A stretch of DNA of 64,000 nt from Octopus sinensis (lineage: Eukaryota), in assembly GCF_006345805.1 (NCBI RefSeq), contig NC_042997.1, positions 3,286,001 through 3,350,000 of the forward strand, in the 5' to 3' direction. A program made the position numbers and the translations under genes. Shown one piece after another: positions 13,749 through 25,743 of this stretch. Below the pieces are notes generated by a model, which ran no database searches, was not told where the DNA came from, and saw only the letters and a program-made list of their open reading frames with translations. Within the stretch, counting starts at the first letter, position 1, and every line of letters begins with the position of its first letter.

Positions 13749-14032
13749 GAGGCGCAATGGCCCAGTGGTTATGGCAGCGCACTCGTGGTCGTAAGATCGC
13801 GGTTTCGATTCCCAGACCGGGCGTTGTGAGTGTTTATTGAGCTAAAACACCTAAAAGCTCCACGAGGTTCCGGCAGGGGGTGGTGATCCCTGCTGTACTC
13901 TTTCACCACTCTTTCTTCTGTTGGCCTGCTCGCTTAGCCAGCAGGGTGGCGTCGTTCGAAGGCTAAAACAATGCGAACGCATTGTGACCAGCGATGTGTA
14001 ACTACATCTGATAGACTGGTCGGTCAGGTGAT

Positions 14033-14040
<8 letters not shown>
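13748..14040 (+). mobile_element. Full-length tRNA-derived SINE
   Basis: Head ggaggcgcaatggcccagtggtt (A box) ... ggtttcgattccc (B box), ~290-bp body ending gtgatcacgtgat, embedded in (TG)n/(AT)n. Confidence 0.9.
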
Positions 14041-14065
<25 letters not shown>

Positions 14066-15122
14066 GGGGCCGTGCGCTTGCGCGTTCATATAGGAATGTG
14101 CACGCTCGCATTAATGCAGACACAATCATATGTACGCGTCAATACACCCACATATAGAACTATATATTTGTCCATACCGCCCTTTCCTACCTCCAGTCCA
14201 GCAGCGTGACTGATTTCCTGTCCTCCATGAGGTCAATTTTCTGTCCGCCTCCTCGTGGATCTCCTACTCACCATGTGGTTTTTTCCATCTAACTATCGCC
14301 AGATAGACGGATTTACCAACATCAAACTTCGACACCACGTGACCTTCCTCACCCAGAAAAAAAATATCGTGCGTTAATTAGAACTAGCTGCTGTATTTCC
14401 ATGGTATCATAGACAAAATCCTATTAGAGTGTGATGTGATTGATACGTAAAACTATGTGAAATCCTTAAATCCATTGCTAAATTTATTAATATTTTATCA
14501 GGTAAATGAACCGCAAAGAAAATAAGAATAACAGGAATATCTAATTTTATTTTCGGTAATAAACCGGCTCAGTCCATGTGGTGTTTTAGAGCAATAGTTG
14601 TACTATGTAACGCCTAATCTGTGTGGAAGTCATGTCCATTTCAAGACTTCTCTGTTAATTATCAATTATTAACTGCATTACCAACTTAGTTTGAAATAAT
14701 TTCATTTAGCTCTGCAGTTGGAATAAAAATGAAAATACTAATTTTAAAATATCTAACGAGAGCATAAGAGTTTCACCTAAAGATTTGCGATGTACTGCAA
14801 CCTGTGATAGAATCTCTCATTTTATGAAACCTCCAACCATAATCCTTCTTCCTAGTAAGTTCTGCATATGATCTTCCGCGTAAATCTGCATATGATATTT
14901 CCATTATACTTTTGTTAGTCAAACGCATCAATCACAAGTAATCAACTGACCAACGCTAAGCGTTCATTATTCGAGTAAATAATCGTACCAGGGACATTAT
15001 ATTATCGATTCATTCGTCAGCAACAACAGGGAGACTTGGTTGTTAACTAGGAAACTCACAAAAGAACACGTTACTAATACGCTTATGAATGATTTTCATT
15101 CATATTATTATTATTATTATTA

Positions 15123-15170
<48 letters not shown>

Positions 15171-15710
15171 CATTATTATCATTTTCATTTTTCATCTCTA
15201 ATAATTTCCATGGTGATTATATGTATTACTTTGAATGAAGATTGGTTTTACTACTCTTCAATATTGAACCATTATTCATTATTTTTCTTGTGTACAGAAT
15301 TTTTTTTACAAAAATCACTGCAATCTTCTGCTACAATCAAATAATTAATTAATCTCGACATGAATCCAAGCTCTATGGATGGCGCACTCCCATCACATCT
15401 ACGCGGACACCATTGTACTTTATTGTTAGGAATAGAAAATGTTGAAACTATTACGTGTAGTACATATAATCAATAGTGCAAACCACTAGCATCATATCAT
15501 TTGAAGAATCAAAGCTGAAACACATTCACTTTAACGAAACGCCGAACAGGATACAAAGAAATTATGTAAACTTACTAGACTGCTGTACAAAACTAAGTTT
15601 AACGTTATTTTTCTCTCACCCCCACTTTCTGTACATATATATAACCGAACACACACACACACAGACATATATATATTTATGTGTGTGTGTATGTGTGTGT
15701 GTGTGTGTGT

Positions 15711-15756
<46 letters not shown>

Positions 15757-16764
15757 AATATTAATATTCAATTTGAAGGTAACTATAAATGATATATGGG
15801 AAAAGTACAAAAAATGTATAGCGTATAGAAGAAAAGTGAAATTAATCTAAACTGCCTTAGAATAAGAATAGTTATAAAAAATGAAACAAAATTTGTTATA
15901 CAATTCAGGAATGATATCTTACATGTGACAGAAATTGTGTTAATTGAAAACCACAATCAGAATTTAAGACTAATTGATATGATTTAAATAATGTATATAA
16001 TTTATATATAGTACTTATTTCATCGACTTCTAAATCATGAAAGTTAACCTCATTATAATTTTAACTCAAATCGTAAAGCCACAGATCTTGACCACAGACT
16101 CTCATCCGAAGCAAAATTGTAGGAATGAAGAGATCCGTCATTATCAATATCCGATAATATTACTTGATAATGAAATGGTAAAAGAAAACGAATAAATTCG
16201 GACTTAGAGAAACGAAAACAAGCTATTGTTCTTCATGAATTCTCAAGTCAAAGTTTGACCACAAAATCTACAGCAATACGTATCGAGAAGAGTGTAAATG
16301 AACTAATCGAACGTGATATGGAAATAATAAGGATTCAATCACATTATTTCTGGTAACCCAGTCATTACAAATACACATGACAGATTTGAAGGATGTTTCA
16401 TACAGGGAATTATTGGAAATATTACAGAACCTTTCGGGGGAAAAAAAAAGGAAAGAAAGACGTGGAACAAAATCACATAAAAGAGAAATCACAAAAATTG
16501 ATAATTCCCCGGGATATACCAATTGAAATAGATAAGAAGATTAAGGATAATCCTCTAGGTATTATTGAGTATTAGCATTGATGACAGAAAATTTATGCTA
16601 ATCGATCAATGTATTAATTCCATAGAAAGACAATATACCTATTGTGGAAATGGAGAAAGTAGTGAACTATACAGGCTTAGAAATACAAACACAATATAAG
16701 GATTTACAATAGTTATTATTGCTAGAAGCATAGAAAACATGATACAATAAAAAATATATGTAAT

Positions 16765-17374
16765 GGAGCATAGGCGCAAAGTAGTTTTTAGCTATGAACA
16801 GAATTTAGGTTAGTTGAAATATGTTTGTCATGTATTTCAAATTCGAAAGGCGAATGCACTGCAGTTAACGTGGAGAAAATATCTCTTATGGTAAAAAGTT
16901 GTGAAGACACCCAGTTCGTTCACTGTATCCATCTCTCGGGAATCTGAGACATCGATGTTTCGAGTTTTTTTTTACTCTTGTCAATGAGATGGATCTAAGA
17001 GAGGCAACTCTGAACGAACTTAATAAAGCTAAAGCTTTATATATAATTCAATCAACACGTTGACTAAACCGCGCTAATAGATCACCCGATCAAATTAATT
17101 AATGGAACATAGGCGCAAGTCAATGCAGTATTAGCATAATTTAGATTAGTTGAAATATATTTGTAACATATTTCAACTCCTAAAGACAAATACACTGCAG
17201 AAGGGAGTGAAAGCACACAGTTCGTTCAGAGTCACCATGTCTCGGGAATCTCAAATATCGGACTGGGTGTTTTCGTTCATGTTGCCTTTCTTAGGTACAT
17301 TTCATTGACAAGAGTCAAAAACCTCGAGACATCCACGTGTCAGATTCCCGAGAGATGGCGACAATGAAGGAACT
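16765..17374. repeat. Composite direct plus inverted repeat carrying hammerhead motifs
   Basis: 16765-16945 is repeated directly at ~17105-17251. 16913-17020 is inverted at ~17270-17374, and that inverted copy has UUGACAA (17305) ... GAGA (17326) ... GUC (17339). Confidence 0.8.
16942..16990 (-). ncRNA. Type I hammerhead ribozyme with U3-A8 covariant core
   Basis: Minus strand: AUCUCA UUGACAA GAGU a8 ACUC GAAA CAUCGAUG UC^UCAGAU. Stem II has 4 bp, stem III is the 10-nt palindrome ACAUCGAUGU, the triplet is GUC, and stem I is 5/6 paired. Confidence 0.8.
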
Positions 17375-17607
17375 TGGTGTTTTCCCACATTTTATCATAG
17401 AAAATTTTCTCCACTCTGATTTCAGTGTATTTGTCATTAGCAGTTGAAATATGTGACAAATATATTTTAACTAACCTAATTTCTGTCCAAATATATGTAA
17501 ATGCAAATATAATCACCAGGGGACTGACGAATATCATGAAAATACATATATTACGCAGAAGAAAGAAAGTTAGATAAAGTGGTAAATGTGTTTGGGCATA
17601 TATATAT

Positions 17608-17693
<86 letters not shown>

Positions 17694-18479
17694 TATATAT
17701 ATGCATATGTGGATACGTATAAGCTATTGTTCTTCATCACTTCACAAACTTGGTTGTAGAACAAGCAACACATTTAAGGTCATTCACCTAACATATCACA
17801 TCTCGAATATTTAATCACATCTAAAGAAACATAATTCATTTTCTTATACATAGAATACGGATGCACAAAATCACAGATGAAACAATATACTACTACTACT
17901 ACTAACATTATTTTTTTTGTTGTAGCCACCAATTGCAGTAGTATTAAAATCTAGATTTGTCAACCTAATAGGTTGAAGAATAAAGAAAAATAGTCAAAGT
18001 TTCTTCATTTCAATATCAGGTGGATTGCATTATTAACTCATAAAGTCGATGAGAACAATACAAATAAAATTGAAGTCAACCCGAGATTTGTAACATGGGA
18101 AATATAATATACTGAACACGCTCAATTAACGTATAAAAAAAGGCACTGGACATTATGTGTGTAACATATGACCAACAAATTGATAGAATGTCGACAATCT
18201 CAGTTTTGCCTTCTAAGTTTCACAAATGAAACATAGAAATAAATAATAGGCAAAATATCAGTGCCATTTTATGCTATATGAATATTTTATAGCGATACTT
18301 TACGCAAAATGATAACTATAATAGCATATGTCTTCATAAAATACAAGGAAAATAATGCGTTTGAAGACTGAATAATGACCAACCGAAATCGAAACAGGAT
18401 AACAAAAGCAGAAATATAAATAAAAAGGAATTATGAAAAAGATTTATGAAGAGGAAATGCAAAAGAAGGAAATCATGAA

Positions 18480-20051
18480 AATCTAACATCTGAATAATTA
18501 AATAATTAAGAGCAGTAAAGCAACTTCCTCTACCAACGGAATGTAGATTCCCCCTAGTATAACACTATACTATTATGCAGCGACAACAATTGCAAAATAT
18601 AGGCAAAGAGAATTAATGGAACCTCACAACGTTAAGCGAATTATTATACGCATCCGCCATTTTACTTAAATCTAAAATTGTGTACTGAGATTTACTCAAA
18701 TGGACATAACAAGCAGTAATATAGATAACGAATAGACAAGGCTTCTCAAAATTTAATGAATACAACGTTGAAACAACACGACTAAAAATCAATGAACAAG
18801 TGAATGGCTAAATACGAACGACATGACGTAACAAAAAGTATCTATAATAAACAAAAGACTGAAATAAGAGATACCCGCTAAGCTTTAAAGAATCTTATGA
18901 CTGGAAAAAACGACAAACACTTTGTCAAAAATCCAACAAATATGAAACAAAAATGAACAGAAAACAATTTGATGCCAGCTCAAAACAACTCTATTAAAAG
19001 ATATTATACTTAAAAGAGAAATCAATGTATCATGTATAGCGTTGGATGTAGAGAGACTGCAGAGAACTGGATGTACTGCAGGAATCTAAATGGAAAAGAC
19101 TATCTCAAAAATCTAGAAACAGGTAAAGATATTGTATTGCTAAATATATAGCCAGCAAAGTAATATGAAGGAGAAATTCACGTATCTACACAAATGAACG
19201 AATTATAAGCAAATATTTTCTCTATTCTAAGGACAAAATAAGTCCTGAAATGTCAGAAAGTGGTCACAAGATAATGAAACAATACAGGACAATGAAAATA
19301 TAAAATCTATTGACTGACTGCATAGTAGCGTCCCACATCCAATGCTTCAGAGTTGCCGAAGCTGTTATACATCAACTATTGTCCATCATCGTGAACAACA
19401 TCTATTTCTCTTTCCATGATCACACATAGAAGTAAACAATAGGTCTCCCCATGGGATCCAGTCTCTCGGGCCTACAAACCGTCACCAATAGGAGCAAACT
19501 AGAACGACGAACACTCAATATTTGCCACTCATGCCCCTACTTCACCAGGTACGTAGATGACGGCCCCATGCTAACATCCACCTGTGAAGAGGCAGGCATA
19601 ATATTAACGACGCTCAGGAACATGAACATGAATATAGGGTTGACTATAGAAAATCCCCAAAATACTGGAACCTATCACTGCTCGACGACTTCCAACTGAA
19701 AATAATGGAAGAGATTCACATCAAGTTCTACATATAAACAGCCAGTAGAGCTATGTTTGTTCTCTACAATTTAGCCTTCCTCTCGGTGTCAAAATAGGAT
19801 ACGCCAGAAATGAACTTACTCCCATCCAGAGCAATGCAGTAGGTCAGAGAACAAGTTGACCCACACCACACGCTTCCTAGAGGTATTGAAAACAAACGGG
19901 TACCCTACATCCATTGCAAATCGGCTTACGTACCCTAGACGACAAACACGCCGAACACACACAAAATCCAGCAAAACATGCTTCCTTAAAATACTCCATT
20001 TTATCGAGAGGATAACTACAGCCATCCGAAGAGCCATAAGAAGAGAAGCAC
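18480..20051 (+). mobile_element. Penelope-like element P1, RT half (decayed)
   Basis: GLPMGSSLSG (19442), YFTRYVDD (RYVDD at 19547), LKTNGYPTSI and ITTAIRRAIRREA are present. The 5' boundary is poorly defined; support upstream of ~19300 is weak. Confidence 0.8.
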
Positions 20052-21311
20052 GTGTTTTCGCTGTTCCTGACCTGTCAGCGGCCAAAGACACAGAAGACAC
20101 AGACAAACAAATACAACCCAACAGGATTACTGATAAACAACTGTAATTACTGGAAGATCTACTATTTTCTGTGAGTAATTTGAATTTCCCTCAAAATAAG
20201 TTAAAGAGTTCCAAACATACAGTTTGGGACAAAAATTTTAGAATCATAAATAACTCCATTTTTTATGTGAACATTTTGCCATCACCTCTTCCTTGAGTAT
20301 CAGATTATGTAAAAACGCCTTTATTGTAACAACACAATTAAATGCACGCTAAAAGTATGGACGAAAACACCAGCTAACCTTTATTTTCTTCTTGACTACC
20401 CGAAATACGCAGACATACCTTTTATTGCAATCACCCTATTAAACACGTGGAGAATAAGAAGAAAAAAAAAAGAAAAGAAAAAATACTATTTATAGTTTCG
20501 CTCTGCTCGTACATGACACTATTCACAAGTATTGTTTATAGTCGGCCCCTCCTTTGATTTTTCTCAAAGTCAAGGTCACTGTTCGCAAATTCCATCAACA
20601 CTGTTGCGGACAATTTGAACTCTCTTTGACCGATCGTTCTTCATCTCACTTTATGAGCTATTGCTACTGCTGCTATCAGAATTTACTGCTGTTACTACTA
20701 TCGCTTCAATTAGAAACATTCAAGTTGACGATGACACCGAGATGTCTTTCCCCGTGTACCGGTGGCACCAACGAAAAATCCCTTTCTTTCTCTGTGTTGC
20801 GAGAAAAGAGAATTTACAATAAAAACAAACCCTCAGCCCTCCCTCCAACGTATAATTTACTTTAAAATGAAATACTTTATAAGGGAAAAACGAGAGAAAA
20901 AAAAAAGAAAAAAATTAATAATCTAAATTAACGATAGACAAAAACATGTGCCTTCTCGCACATAAACACATTATTCACACATATACAAACACGCGCAGAT
21001 GCAATTATTGAAGTACTAAATGGCACGTCAAATGATATTTAATCGTGTGGAACATTTTACATGCATATCAATATTCTAAAGTTGGACATACTATCCCTTA
21101 TCCTAAAGCTGCTTCAGACAATTAGGAAGGGTTCCCGACTCATTGCACCGTCTGCTTTCAATCTTGGATTGTGATTCGGCTCAGCCCAAACTCTCTCAGA
21201 TTTTGTCTGCTGTTGCCTACTCCTACAAGGATTGCACCTGTTTTTTGTTCCAGATTTAACTACGATTTGTCCTAGAGCTCATAGAAGATTGTTTTTAGTC
21301 AACTATCCACC

Positions 21312-22772
21312 ATGTCAGCTACCTACGGATCGAAACTGAGATCTGCAGGAAGGGCTTCTCATCAAGATGATGATCCTACCAATAGTCAGCTCAACGAGCA
21401 GTTGCTGTTGCGCAAACAAGAGGTCGAGCACCTAAAGTCTGTTGTTGCTCTCTTACTGAATAAACAGTCTCCTGTTGACGCAGAGTCACCCTTGATTTCT
21501 TCCCTGGAGACGTCCAAACCGAAGGGAACAAAATCGAAGCGGCCAAAGAAGGCGAAGGAACCGGCGGTCGTTTCTGCACATGATCGTTCCTGTGCGGATT
21601 CTTCCTCATCTGCCTTTTCGGTCCCGGAGGTTCCCCAACCTAATTTGAGGAGCGTAGACTCAAACCCAACTGAAGACCGTTGTTCTCCCCAAAAGAAGAA
21701 ATGTCGTCAAAACTCCAGTGGGGCAGATTTAGCTATGAAACCTGACCACGATAAACAGTCTCCTGTTGACGCAGAGTCACCCTTGATTTCTTCCCTGGTG
21801 ACGTCCAAACCGGAGGGAACAAAATCGAAGCGGCCAAAGAAGGCGAAGGAACCGGCGGTCGTTTCTGCACATGATCGTTCCTGTGCGGATTCTTCCTCAT
21901 CTGCCTTTTCGGTCCCGGGGTTCCCCAACCTAATTTGAGGAGCGTAGACTCAAACCCACCTGAGGACCGTTGTTCTCCCCAAAAGAAGAAACGTAGTCAA
22001 AACTCCAGTGGGGCAGATTTAGCTATGAAACCTGATCACGATCAAATCTGTTTGGATTCTCCCTCACTTGTCCTTCCCATTAATGACATTGCTCAAACAA
22101 TCCTGAACGATCTCGATGTGAGTTCATCTGTGGAGTGGTGCTCCCCCAAACCGAAGAAGAGGCAGTGCAGTTCCAAACCAGGCGGGAAAATTATGACCAC
22201 TAAACCCATGCCGATCGACCCCACAGGCCGACATAAGTCCGATGGCTATGAAACCCACCCTTTCGAAATCTTCCAATGAAGAATCGAATACCGCAGCTCA
22301 TAGTAGAGAACATTTTGCCCACTCAAGATCAGCAATAATTTATGGTAAAGCTGAATCCACCTGTGATACAGGCATAAACCGCCTAAAAGATGACATTAAT
22401 TTTGTTTCCATTTTAGTTGGAAAATTGTTCTCTGTGAACGAAAATGTCAGTGTCCATAAGGTCGCTCGGCTAGGGAGATTCCAAGCGAACCCAACCTCAG
22501 ATACTAGACCACGCCCAATAAGGGTAATCTTCTCTTCCGATCGGGAGGCTTCAGTCTTTCTGAACAGAGCTCAGACGCATGCCTGGGAGGACCCCAATAT
22601 GGGTTTTCGCGAGGAATACTCACTAAGAGAGAGAATTCGCCGGAGAAACCTAATATCCGAACTAAAGATGAGGAAACAAATGGGAGAGAAGGGTTTACGA
22701 ATCCAAGATGGACAGATAATCAAGTCCTACCTCTGGTCCCATGCTGTAGTGCTGACAAGGAAAGTGATGTGA
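21312..22772 (+). pseudogene. LINE ORF1 (RRM/Tnp_22-like C-terminus) broken by two offsetting frameshifts
   Basis: ORF pieces 21312-21938 and 22242-22772 share a frame; 21935-22279 is shifted. C-terminal AIIYGKAES...RLGR...RPRPIRVIF...ELKMRKQMGEKGLRIQDGQII is typical of CR1/L2-group ORF1. Confidence 0.8.
21460..22040 (+). repeat. 291/290-bp tandem duplication inside ORF1
   Basis: ataaacagtctcctgttgacgcagag at 21460 and 21751. The second unit lacks one base near 21918 (cccggaggtt vs cccggggtt). Confidence 0.95.
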
Positions 22773-25660
22773 GGGCAAATCGAAGTGAAGTTGATACCCC
22801 CGTCAACGATGCTATCTCTGATACCCCTTATTCTGCTTGTTCCCCAACTTCCGCCCCTCAGACTTCACTGCTCAGCATCGTCTACACCAACTCGTGCTCC
22901 TTATTCCCAAAGTTCAGTGAACTATTTACACTAGCCATACGTGACTCCCCTGATGTGATAGCTATCACCGAGACTTGGCTGACTCCAGCAGTAAAGGACT
23001 CAGAAATCCACCTGCAGGGCTACGTCCTTTTCAGATGTGACAGAGGAAAAAGGCGAGGTGGAGGTGTTGCTGTGTATGTTAAGTCTGAGCACAAACCGTC
23101 CTGCGGTATTCTACACACTAATGCTCAACCTACAACAAAATTAGATGCCGTCTATTGCAAGCTGAGCCTATCTGAGTTTTGCCTGCCCGTGTTGGCTGTC
23201 TACAGGCCGCCTCTTGTCGACCCCCAGGACAATGCTCATTTACTCGAAGCGATAAGATTCGTTTCAGCTTCGCATGACTGTTTGGTACTAGGAGACTTCA
23301 ACGCTCCCACGAACGATTGGCCCGCATCAATTTGTACAACATGTTCCCGTTTCGGCCAGGCCCTTCTTGTCGTGGCTGAAGATTGTTTTCTATCGCAACA
23401 TGTTGAATATCCGACAAGGCATCGGTCTGGGCAGCAGCCATCTATGCTAGATCTGGTATTCTCCCGCTATCCAAGATCAGTGTCAGACGTATCTGTGTGC
23501 GCCCCTCTTGCCAAGAGTGATCATGCGGTCCTGAAGTTCGTCATGCACACAACTTTTCCTGCGCCCACGACTACTTCGCAGCCACGTAGAGTCTTCTCTG
23601 CAATTAATCTTGAAATTCTAACCCTGGCTTCCGCGCTTCTGGACTGGCGATCCCTGATGACGTTGTCCTCTGTTGACGAACTATGGTCATCCCTCAAAAC
23701 ATATGTAATCTGTTTGACTGACCAGGCAGTTCCCGTTGGGCTTCCCAAGAAGAAGAAACACAAGCCCTGGGTGACGAAGAAGGTTAAACGAGAACGTCGA
23801 CTCAGAGATATTGCTTGGGCTGAATTCAAAAATCTGGATTCGACTGCAGCTTTTGAGGTGTACATAACTCAACGAGACCGAGCCGTGAAAATTGAAAAGA
23901 AAGAACGCTTCAGTTATGAATACAAAATCGCGGCAAATGCCAGTAGCAATCCAAAAACCTTCTTTGCCCATGTCCAGCGGAATTCCCGCTTGAACAACCA
24001 GATTGCAACGTTGGTAGACTCAACAGGCGTATCGATTGAGGACCCTTATCAACAGAGTCAATTATTTGCCGAGGCTTTTTCAACTATTTTCAAACAAGAT
24101 GATGGTCGTGAACCCCCTCCATTTGATAGATCGGTACCTCCAATGCTTCTATTGGTCATCACGCGGGACGAAGTCAAACGTGTTATTCAAGGCCTCGATG
24201 TCAACAAGGGTCACGGCCCTGACGGCATACACCCACGGGTTATCAAAGCGTTGGCTCCGGTTATCTGCGAGCCCTTAACACGACTATTCAATATGTCATT
24301 GGCGACGGGTGTTATACCTGCAGACTGGAGAACAGCGATAATCTGCCCAATTTTCAAGAAAGGGAGCCGCGAAGACCCGCTTAACTACCGACCGGTTTCC
24401 CTTACATCAATAATCAGCAAGATGTTCGAAACCATCCTTAAGAAAAGTATGATGCTCCACCTCCTAAACACAGCCTCTATCTCTGATTCCCAACACGGCT
24501 TCGTGCCGAAGAGATCATGCTTGACCAACTTACTAGTAATGGAAGAATTGGTGACGCGCATCCTCGATGATAGTGATGCTGTTGACATCGTTTTATTGGA
24601 CTTTGCCAAAGCTTTTGACTCGGTAAACCACCGCCTATTATTTGTCAAGCTTCAAGCATATAGTTTCCATCCTGATATTATACGATGGGTTGGTGCCTTC
24701 CTCTCAGATCGCTCCTTCCAAGTCCAAGTTAATGGTTCGCGGTCCGACGTCTCCAGTGCGAGCAGTGGCGTGCCTCAAGGTTCAGTGCTTGGGACCTTGT
24801 TGTTCTTCGTCTTCATAAATGACTTGCCCGACGACCTCACGCAACACACCCTTCTATTTGCCGACGATATTAAACTGGTCGCTCCTCGCGGTAATATAGA
24901 TGATCTTCGTCGATGCCTCCACCAAATTTGGAAGTGGTCTAACGATTGGGACCTGTGTCTGATCGTGTCAATGTGCTGTCATCTGCCTGTCGGCTCTACT
25001 CCTGCAACTCAACTTGATTTCGAGCCGGGTCGTCTGCTGCTGGAGAGGACTGATCAGGTAAAGGACCTGGGTATCTTGGTGGATTCCTCCTTTTCGCCTT
25101 CGGCCCAGTGCGTCCATGCTGCCAACAAAGCACGCGGAATTCTGTTCTTGATTCGACGGTCATTCGGAATGCTCACAGCAGCCATATTCCTACCACTCTA
25201 TGTCACGCTGGTGAGACCCATATTGGAGTATGGGATTCAAGCCTCTTTTTCTTATCTTCTCAAAGACACACAGCATCTCGAAAGAGTCCAGAAGCTGGCT
25301 ACCCGCATGGTTCATGGTCTCAAAAACTGGTCCTACGAAGAGAGGCTGAGGACGCTCGACCTTTATTGTCTTGAAAAACGCCGCCGCCGTGGTGATCTCA
25401 TTCTCGCCCACAACATCATAAGCGGAAAGTGTAACCTCTCGGAAGAGCTGTTCTTCACTCCTGCTCCAGAGCGTCGGCTGCGGGGTCATTCCGAAAAGCT
25501 CTACCTGCGACGATTTCATCTCAATCGAAGGATGAGAGGAGCTTTCTCCGTCCGGGTTGCGGATCCGTGGAAAAAGCTGCCAGACGAGATGGTGAAGATG
25601 CCGACGACCGCTTTGTTCAAAGCCTCCCTGGACCTCAAGTGGCCTGAACTCTTTACATGA
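22769..25660 (+). CDS. LINE ORF2: apurinic endonuclease plus reverse transcriptase, 963 aa
   Basis: APE motifs IAITETWL, GGGVAVYV, VLGDFNAP, LDLVFS and SDH; RT motifs GPDGIHP, YRPVSLTS, QHGF, LDFAKAFDSV, GVPQGSVLG and FADD; CR1-type tail RRRGDLI...LRGHSEKL...FSVRV..W.KLP. Confidence 0.95.
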   Translation: MRANRSEVDTPVNDAISDTPYSACSPTSAPQTSLLSIVYTNSCSLFPKFSELFTLAIRDSPDVIAITETWLTPAVKDSEIHLQGYVLFRCDRGKRRGGGVAVYVKSEHKPSCGILHTNAQPTTKLDAVYCKLSLSEFCLPVLAVYRPPLVDPQDNAHLLEAIRFVSASHDCLVLGDFNAPTNDWPASICTTCSRFGQALLVVAEDCFLSQHVEYPTRHRSGQQPSMLDLVFSRYPRSVSDVSVCAPLAKSDHAVLKFVMHTTFPAPTTTSQPRRVFSAINLEILTLASALLDWRSLMTLSSVDELWSSLKTYVICLTDQAVPVGLPKKKKHKPWVTKKVKRERRLRDIAWAEFKNLDSTAAFEVYITQRDRAVKIEKKERFSYEYKIAANASSNPKTFFAHVQRNSRLNNQIATLVDSTGVSIEDPYQQSQLFAEAFSTIFKQDDGREPPPFDRSVPPMLLLVITRDEVKRVIQGLDVNKGHGPDGIHPRVIKALAPVICEPLTRLFNMSLATGVIPADWRTAIICPIFKKGSREDPLNYRPVSLTSIISKMFETILKKSMMLHLLNTASISDSQHGFVPKRSCLTNLLVMEELVTRILDDSDAVDIVLLDFAKAFDSVNHRLLFVKLQAYSFHPDIIRWVGAFLSDRSFQVQVNGSRSDVSSASSGVPQGSVLGTLLFFVFINDLPDDLTQHTLLFADDIKLVAPRGNIDDLRRCLHQIWKWSNDWDLCLIVSMCCHLPVGSTPATQLDFEPGRLLLERTDQVKDLGILVDSSFSPSAQCVHAANKARGILFLIRRSFGMLTAAIFLPLYVTLVRPILEYGIQASFSYLLKDTQHLERVQKLATRMVHGLKNWSYEERLRTLDLYCLEKRRRRGDLILAHNIISGKCNLSEELFFTPAPERRLRGHSEKLYLRRFHLNRRMRGAFSVRVADPWKKLPDEMVKMPTTALFKASLDLKWPELFT

Positions 25661-25743
25661 ACTCCACCCTGTACTTAAATCGATGTCCCCCTACATGGCC
25701 TTGCTATTTGCTTTTGAGCCAAATTAACTAACTAACTAACTAA

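Larger units (their letters stand above)
21125..25743 (+). mobile_element. Near full-length CR1-group LINE
   Basis: Abrupt GC-rich block with ORF1 and an APE-RT ORF2, a short 3' UTR and an (AACT)n tail at ~25725-25743. The 5' end is approximate. Confidence 0.92.

Noticed and set aside
13748-13820. tRNA gene (also heads at 59657, 60683, 59623)
   Set aside because: A/B boxes continue into SINE bodies; no closed cloverleaf or poly-T terminator.
17520-17550. CUGACGA-AUAUCAU-GAAA
   Set aside because: Only a 2-bp stem II, with no stem I or III; expected by chance.
20554-20865. 103-aa ORF in the segment upstream of the LINE
   Set aside because: TTG start, low complexity and no motifs.
21119-21124. 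aatta as target-site duplication of the CR1 LINE
   Set aside because: Five AT bases overlapping the tail; CR1-group elements often lack TSDs and the 5' end is uncertain.
23521-25519. Antisense and off-frame ORFs within the LINE (also 31175-32309, 53744-55991)
   Set aside because: Shadows of GC-rich retroelement coding sequence with no independent motifs.
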